Positions 58,976-64,000 of a stretch of DNA of 64,000 bases are shown here, piece after piece. The notes under the pieces were generated by a model that had not been told where the DNA came from, did no database searches, and saw nothing but the letters and a program-made list of their open reading frames with translations. Made by a program: the position numbers and the translations under genes. The stretch is taken from NCBI GenBank assembly GCA_905178155.1, contig CAJINV010000002.1, forward strand, positions 146,354 to 210,353, given 5' to 3'. Position 1 is the stretch's first letter; each line of letters starts with the position of its first letter. This DNA is from Amoebophrya sp. A120. Its lineage: Eukaryota > Protista > Dinoflagellata.

Positions 58976-61516
58976 AAGATTTAAACACATCTGTAGCATT
59001 GTTCCGCAGCGGAGGTCAACAGAGGTGGCACTGAAGAACCCCACGACTGAGGCAACTGATTAAACCAGACACGTTAACAGAAGTCAACGTACTTTGGTGG
59101 TATCAACAAATCGAGGAATAATTTCCTTGCAAATAGATTTTTTTGATTCTTCAAATATAATGGGATACAAGAAGGCTTTTCGTCTTTAGTATTTTCGTCT
59201 GTCGTTCGTCGAACTTCGAATCTTTTTGATAGAAAGCTATAAGTGTAGTACAGCGGTAAAAAAAACATTATGGTTGCACAACGTACTAGATTTTTCATAC
59301 CACCGGCTTCGATGAACATGAAAATGCACGTAGAGTGGTTGTACACCATTCTGAGACCGCTAGTCCAACATTTCTTCCTCAACACCATCGTCGCAAAATT
59401 TCATAAGAGCCTTTATCTTCTGAGATGGATGTGCTGGAGTGGACATCATAGTAGCGAAATAAGTACAGGTGGACATTTTATTTTGTATTCGACACAGGAA
59501 ATGCAAATGGCGTGAAGTCATAGATTGGACAGCAACGTCTTCAGAAGGGTAAACTTCCTCGAAGAGCCGCTTTTCGTCGCGATCCGAATCCAGAAATTTC
59601 TCTGGAAACAAATCAAATGTAATATTGGGTCTCGTTTAGTACTATAAGAAAGTTGAAAAAGCGCTTAAGACGAGCACCAATGACCACCTTGCGCCCCGTT
59701 TTTGAATTTTTTTCCCTAACTTGGATTTTCGAGCTAGGGCAGACACGGTCAGAAACAGCAAAGTAGTTTCCACTAGGTCGTGCGATTGGAAGAAAAAATC
59801 AGGTACCAGCTATTATTCGCGTACTAGTCGATATAGATACAGCTCATGCTTTTGCGGGATAAGGTTTCTTGCTGCAGGCCTCGTAAAAACAAGTGCCCAC
59901 GCAAAACTATAAAAGCTATAAAGGACCAGAAAAAGTGGGCTTGTTCTTTTTGTGTTTTTTCGAGTTTTTTTTCCTTCTCGGCGATAAGCTTGGTCGCTTC
60001 AGTTTTTAAGCAGACCCGATTACAACATAAAAGAGGAGATGACCACCAGTACCAAACGATAAATAGAAGTTTGGCCGCTTTGGCGCATCTTGGTGTTGGT
60101 CCGGCAGCTGCTGTAATGCCTGCAGCTGTTGGTACTGCATTAGCATCAGATAGTAAACTTGAGATCGTCTACGTAAGTTCGATCGACGAGATATTAGAAG
60201 CGAACTTTGAAAAAATTTCCAGGGAGGTAAAACTAAAAGACTAAAAAGATGAAGAAACTACAATTATGCTGCACCACAAACAGATTGAATACGGACAGTC
60301 GTGAGAGACCGACCTACAACTAACACGACCCGATAAATGGTAGTGTGCGGCCCCGACTTATGTTGACGCAATGATGTCCCGGGCTCGATCTTTTGTCGTT
60401 TCTTGATCTAGTTTCTAGTACCATTTATCTAGTTGAAGAAAGAGCTGCGTTCTTTCAGCTGTGCAAGGCTCAAGCAAGACGCCTCGCCATTCCCAACTAT
60501 TTGCAAGGCCGGGATGTAAGTGCTAGGCACGACAAGAGCAACGAAAATTTAGAGGACACAAAAGACTTTTTGTGTAATCGATTGCCTTTTGTGTCGTGCT
60601 TCTCTAAGCGCGTTCTCGCTCGCAGCTAGTAGCAGTAGTATTACCCAACAAGAAAACGGTTGCTGATATTCCATTTCATTTCAAGAGAGAACTTGTCGTG
60701 CGTATATTCGTTTTTGCGGCGCTTTTAGGTGAAAAAGCAGATCATCTTAAGCCAAGGAAAACACGATCTAAAAATAGAATTTTTTGACGCACACGATCTA
60801 AAAGCAAAACTCAAAAAAGATTTAGCTACCAGCTTCTTCGTTTTGCTTTAGTTCATATGCAAAATTGATGTATTTCTATTAAGCCGATTTGCTCCGTTCA
60901 AGAGAACCTGCAATTCCTTCGTGTATATAATTCTAGGAACCTGTTTCGATCTTCTCCTGGCAGAAGCTTTTTTTTCTATTTCTTGCTTTTGCTAGGTCGT
61001 GCGGCGAAGTGGTACCTTGACAGTCAAGAAAGCCCTCAGTAGCCTTTATATATAAAAAAGAAAAACTTCTCGAACCTTTTGTGCTCTTTTAGGTCGAGAA
61101 AAGGTGGAGCGTGCCAATTTCCGAAAAATGAGGAACTGACGCAACTACGGGCGGAAAGCGAGAAAGAAATTGGTCTGACAGCGAAAGCGGTGAGCAGCGA
61201 CATGCTCACCTACATTGCTGCGCAGTTCTTCGCGCACCTTAGAGGTAGAAATTCTGCAGCCATCATTGACTTTGACGTGATAAGTCAATTAAAACCTAAA
61301 TACAAAGAGGGACGCTCACGCTGACAACAAATTTAGCAACTTATCACTTCGGTGTTGAAAGCAATAGCAAGAAGTCACAGGATATAATCTACCACATATC
61401 GTGTGAAATTCACTAAAACACGATAGAGTACTAGGTAAAAATGAAGACGCTCTTGAAGATTAAGATAGAGCTTTATTTTTCGAAAAAATTTTCGGCTTAT
61501 TTCATTAACCTGAAGA

Positions 61517-64000
61517 TCAGTTTCGATTTAAATTTTGCGCGGCTTCACCGCTAGCCCTACTCGCAGCCCCACCGCCGCTGTTGTTGGAACTTCGATGGTT
61601 GTCTTGTTCATTCGGGCCCGACGCGTTGGTAGAGGAAGAAGAGCTACTACTGCTACTACTCGCCGTACTTTCCTTCGCAAACCGTTCTTGCGCTTTCTGC
61701 ACCTGTGCCATCTGCTCCTCTAATCTTCTATCTCGCGCCAACACCCGCGGCTCTACCCGGAGATTGGGAAAACGTGGATAGGCTGGTGCTTGGGCGTAAT
61801 TGTTTCGTTGGTCGTTGATCATGTCGTTGAAAGAATTTGAATTGATGCCCGAAGACGACGCCGTCGATGAAGAGCCAGCGGGCTGCACTCGGGTGGTCGT
61901 GCTTGTCATGATGGAACAATTGGGCGGCCCGTTACAGTTACCTCTATTGCGACCTCCCCTGAACGGGGGAATTTCCGGTAAGTTTGTTCCGTATTTCGCA
62001 TGCAAGATTGCTGCCTGACTCAGAGGACCAGCACTAGCTGAGGACGAATTCTGTCGCGGTTCTTGCGGTCTTGATCTTTGTGTTTCTGAGGAGGTGCTGT
62101 TGTTTCCATTTTTACTGCAGTTATTTGTAGTTCCTGCTGTTTGTAGTTGACCAGCAACAGAAGTACAAGTAGAGGAGGAAGATGAAGCTGCTCCTGCTGC
62201 AGCGTTTCTGCTGTTTCCTGTTGAAGGGCCTCCAACAACCCCAGGGGATGAGAGAACTACTGCAGGGGCGTTCGCGTTGTTCGCCAGCACGACGTTACTA
62301 GCATTCGGATTCGCCGGTCGCGGCGGCTGCGCCATAGAACTCCCCGCCGGGAGAGCTGTTGCGGCCGTAGGAGCTCCCCGTGTCGTTGTACTACCCGCCG
62401 GTCGTGTAGTAGGCGCCGCAGTTGTAGTAGAGATCATCGGCCGGGGGTACACAGATGAGGGTAAAGCACCACTGTTGCTTATCCTGAGTAAAAACGTACC
62501 CACACCAGAGTCAAGATGGGGACTTTGCAACAGAAGCCTAGAACTTTTGGGGGTCACGCATCACAAATTGCAGTCCGTAGTGTAGTGCAGGTTCGCAAGG
62601 CCAGCTGCATCAGAAATCGATCTGCTCATCCTGTTTACAGCATTACAAATTCCAAAACACGACTAAAAATGCCTCTCCTGGCGATGCGCATTACAAATGT
62701 TCCTGTCATTGCAAATCTGCATGACAACTCTGGTGTGGGTAGGTTTTTGCTCAGGATATTGCTCGACGTAACAGGACCACGAGTAACAACACCCGTGTTA
62801 CAACTTCCCGTCAACGAGGAAAGGCTAGTACTTCCTGGGGGGCCGAAGATACTGGTGTTCGGGAAAGTGGTCTTGCTCAAGGGAGCAAAGATGTTGCAGC
62901 TCACGGGAGCAGGAGCCGCGGCGGCAGTGCCAGCGCCGGTTGATGTCGACGTCCTGGAAGTAGCAGTAGACGCAGCTGCTGCTGCAGTAACAGAAGTTGT
63001 ACCGAGATTATTGGCCGGCCTTCTACTTACGTTCCGCGAACAAGAAGTCCTATTCGACGGCGACCGGGCGGGAGACCGGTCCAGGGCAGACCCCGGGGCG
63101 TAATTCGGGCTGTCGAAATAGGTGGCGAGCTTTTGCGAGGGAGGCTGGGGGGCTTGAACTTGGGGCCCGGAGGCGGAGGCGGTGGTCCTGGTGTCAACAA
63201 CAACAGGATTTGTGGCAATATTGTTGTTCGCTGTTGCCGTGGATGTGCTGGAAGAAGGTGCGGGGGCCACGACGGCTGCTGCTTCATCTGTAGTGGGTGG
63301 TCGTGCAGGATGGGGAACAGTAGTGTCGTGCCCACCTTCGTCATTCGGGGCTGTTTCAGTGGTGTTCGAGCTCGTCGCTGTATTTGCGCTTGCCTCGTTC
63401 ATCGCGGTAGAGGGAGCGGAAGCTGTCTGTCGTGATGCTGTACTATTCGAGTCAACTAGTACATTTGTGGCATCATCATCTACCTTCGCAGCAGAAGACG
63501 CTGCAGGACCTCCTGCAGCACTAGCTGTCGCGACGTCAGCACAACTTCTTGCCCCGGTTTTGGCCTCAGTTGTGGAGGACGTGATCGCGTCTGGTTGAGA
63601 AGTTCTAACCGAAAATGGTCCAGCACTATTCACGCCCGGGGGAGGAGTATCAAATGTAAAAATGTCTGGGTCTGGAAGATTCTGAGATTTGTCATGCATG
63701 TTTTGCATGACCCAGGATGTCTGTAATGCACGGCCGCGCATCACAGATTTTGAGAGGGCTTCCTGATGCCTACTCCGCATGGCAAACGCCCTCCCCGCGT
63801 AGCACAAACTAGACTCCTCTTGCTGGTAATGCAATACAGATTTTTCTAGAGTCCAAAGTTACCATCACAAGTTCCAATCTTCCAGACCCAGACACTTTTA
63901 CATTTGATAAGGAGCCGCACTGAACAACTCTCTCGTAGAAATCGTCGTGTCTATGTTCATATGCATTGCAAAAGTATCGTATTCGTATAAATGCATTACA
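61517..64000 (-). CDS. 3' part of an Ala/Ser/Thr/Pro-rich low-complexity protein (continues beyond the window)
   Basis: ORFs 62635-63834 and 61517-62557 join in frame after introner removal (VTSS^NSGAL); stop TGA at 61517. Confidence 0.8.
62480..62758. mobile_element. Introner family C
   Basis: DR TTGCT/TTGCT; frame restored. Confidence 0.92.
63648..63909. mobile_element. Introner family B
   Basis: DR AGGAG/AGGAG; frame compatible. Confidence 0.9.
63960..64000. mobile_element. Introner family A, left part only (cut by window edge)
   Basis: TATGCATTGCAAAAGTATCGTATTCGTATAAATGCATTACA. Confidence 0.85.

Noticed and set aside
60150-60200. LEIVYVSSIDEIL resembling a Lon protease C-terminus
   Set aside because: A 13-residue resemblance with no other Lon motifs nearby.
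9673-63909. Recurring peptides in the ORF track (IKCKNVWVWK, KMSGSGR, FQTQTFL, QKYRTR, EYDTFA) as a repeat-protein family
   Set aside because: They are translations of introner TIRs in assorted frames and disappear once the elements are removed.

Overview
Eukaryotic (protist-like) genomic DNA. Four minus-strand genes are interrupted by 70 complete short transposon-like inserts (145-330 bp, at least 9 sequence families). Each insert runs TAT...ATA, carries terminal inverted repeats and is flanked by a 5-bp direct repeat. I translated across every junction by hand: removing the insert plus one direct-repeat copy restores a continuous reading frame each time, so the inserts behave as non-canonical (non GT-AG) introner-type introns. 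Splicing gives four products: a ~6,500-aa protein (9587-42056) containing a PrimPol/AEP-like primase domain, a ~1,674-aa coiled-coil protein (46251-55714), a ~314-aa RING-finger protein with a hydrophobic leader (6762-8030) and the 3' part of a low-complexity protein (61517-64000). All insert families share an internal GCATNACAR motif, and inserts occur in both orientations. Also present: a Penelope-like reverse transcriptase, a Helitron-like element with a 92-bp hairpin array nested inside one introner, a 1-kb insertion with a 16-bp target duplication, and a partial paralog of the giant gene carrying different introners. The architecture resembles the inverted-repeat/direct-repeat non-canonical introns known from the parasitic dinoflagellate Amoebophrya; the organism is my inference and cannot be verified here. 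Most short ORFs in the supplied track are artefacts of these inserts.
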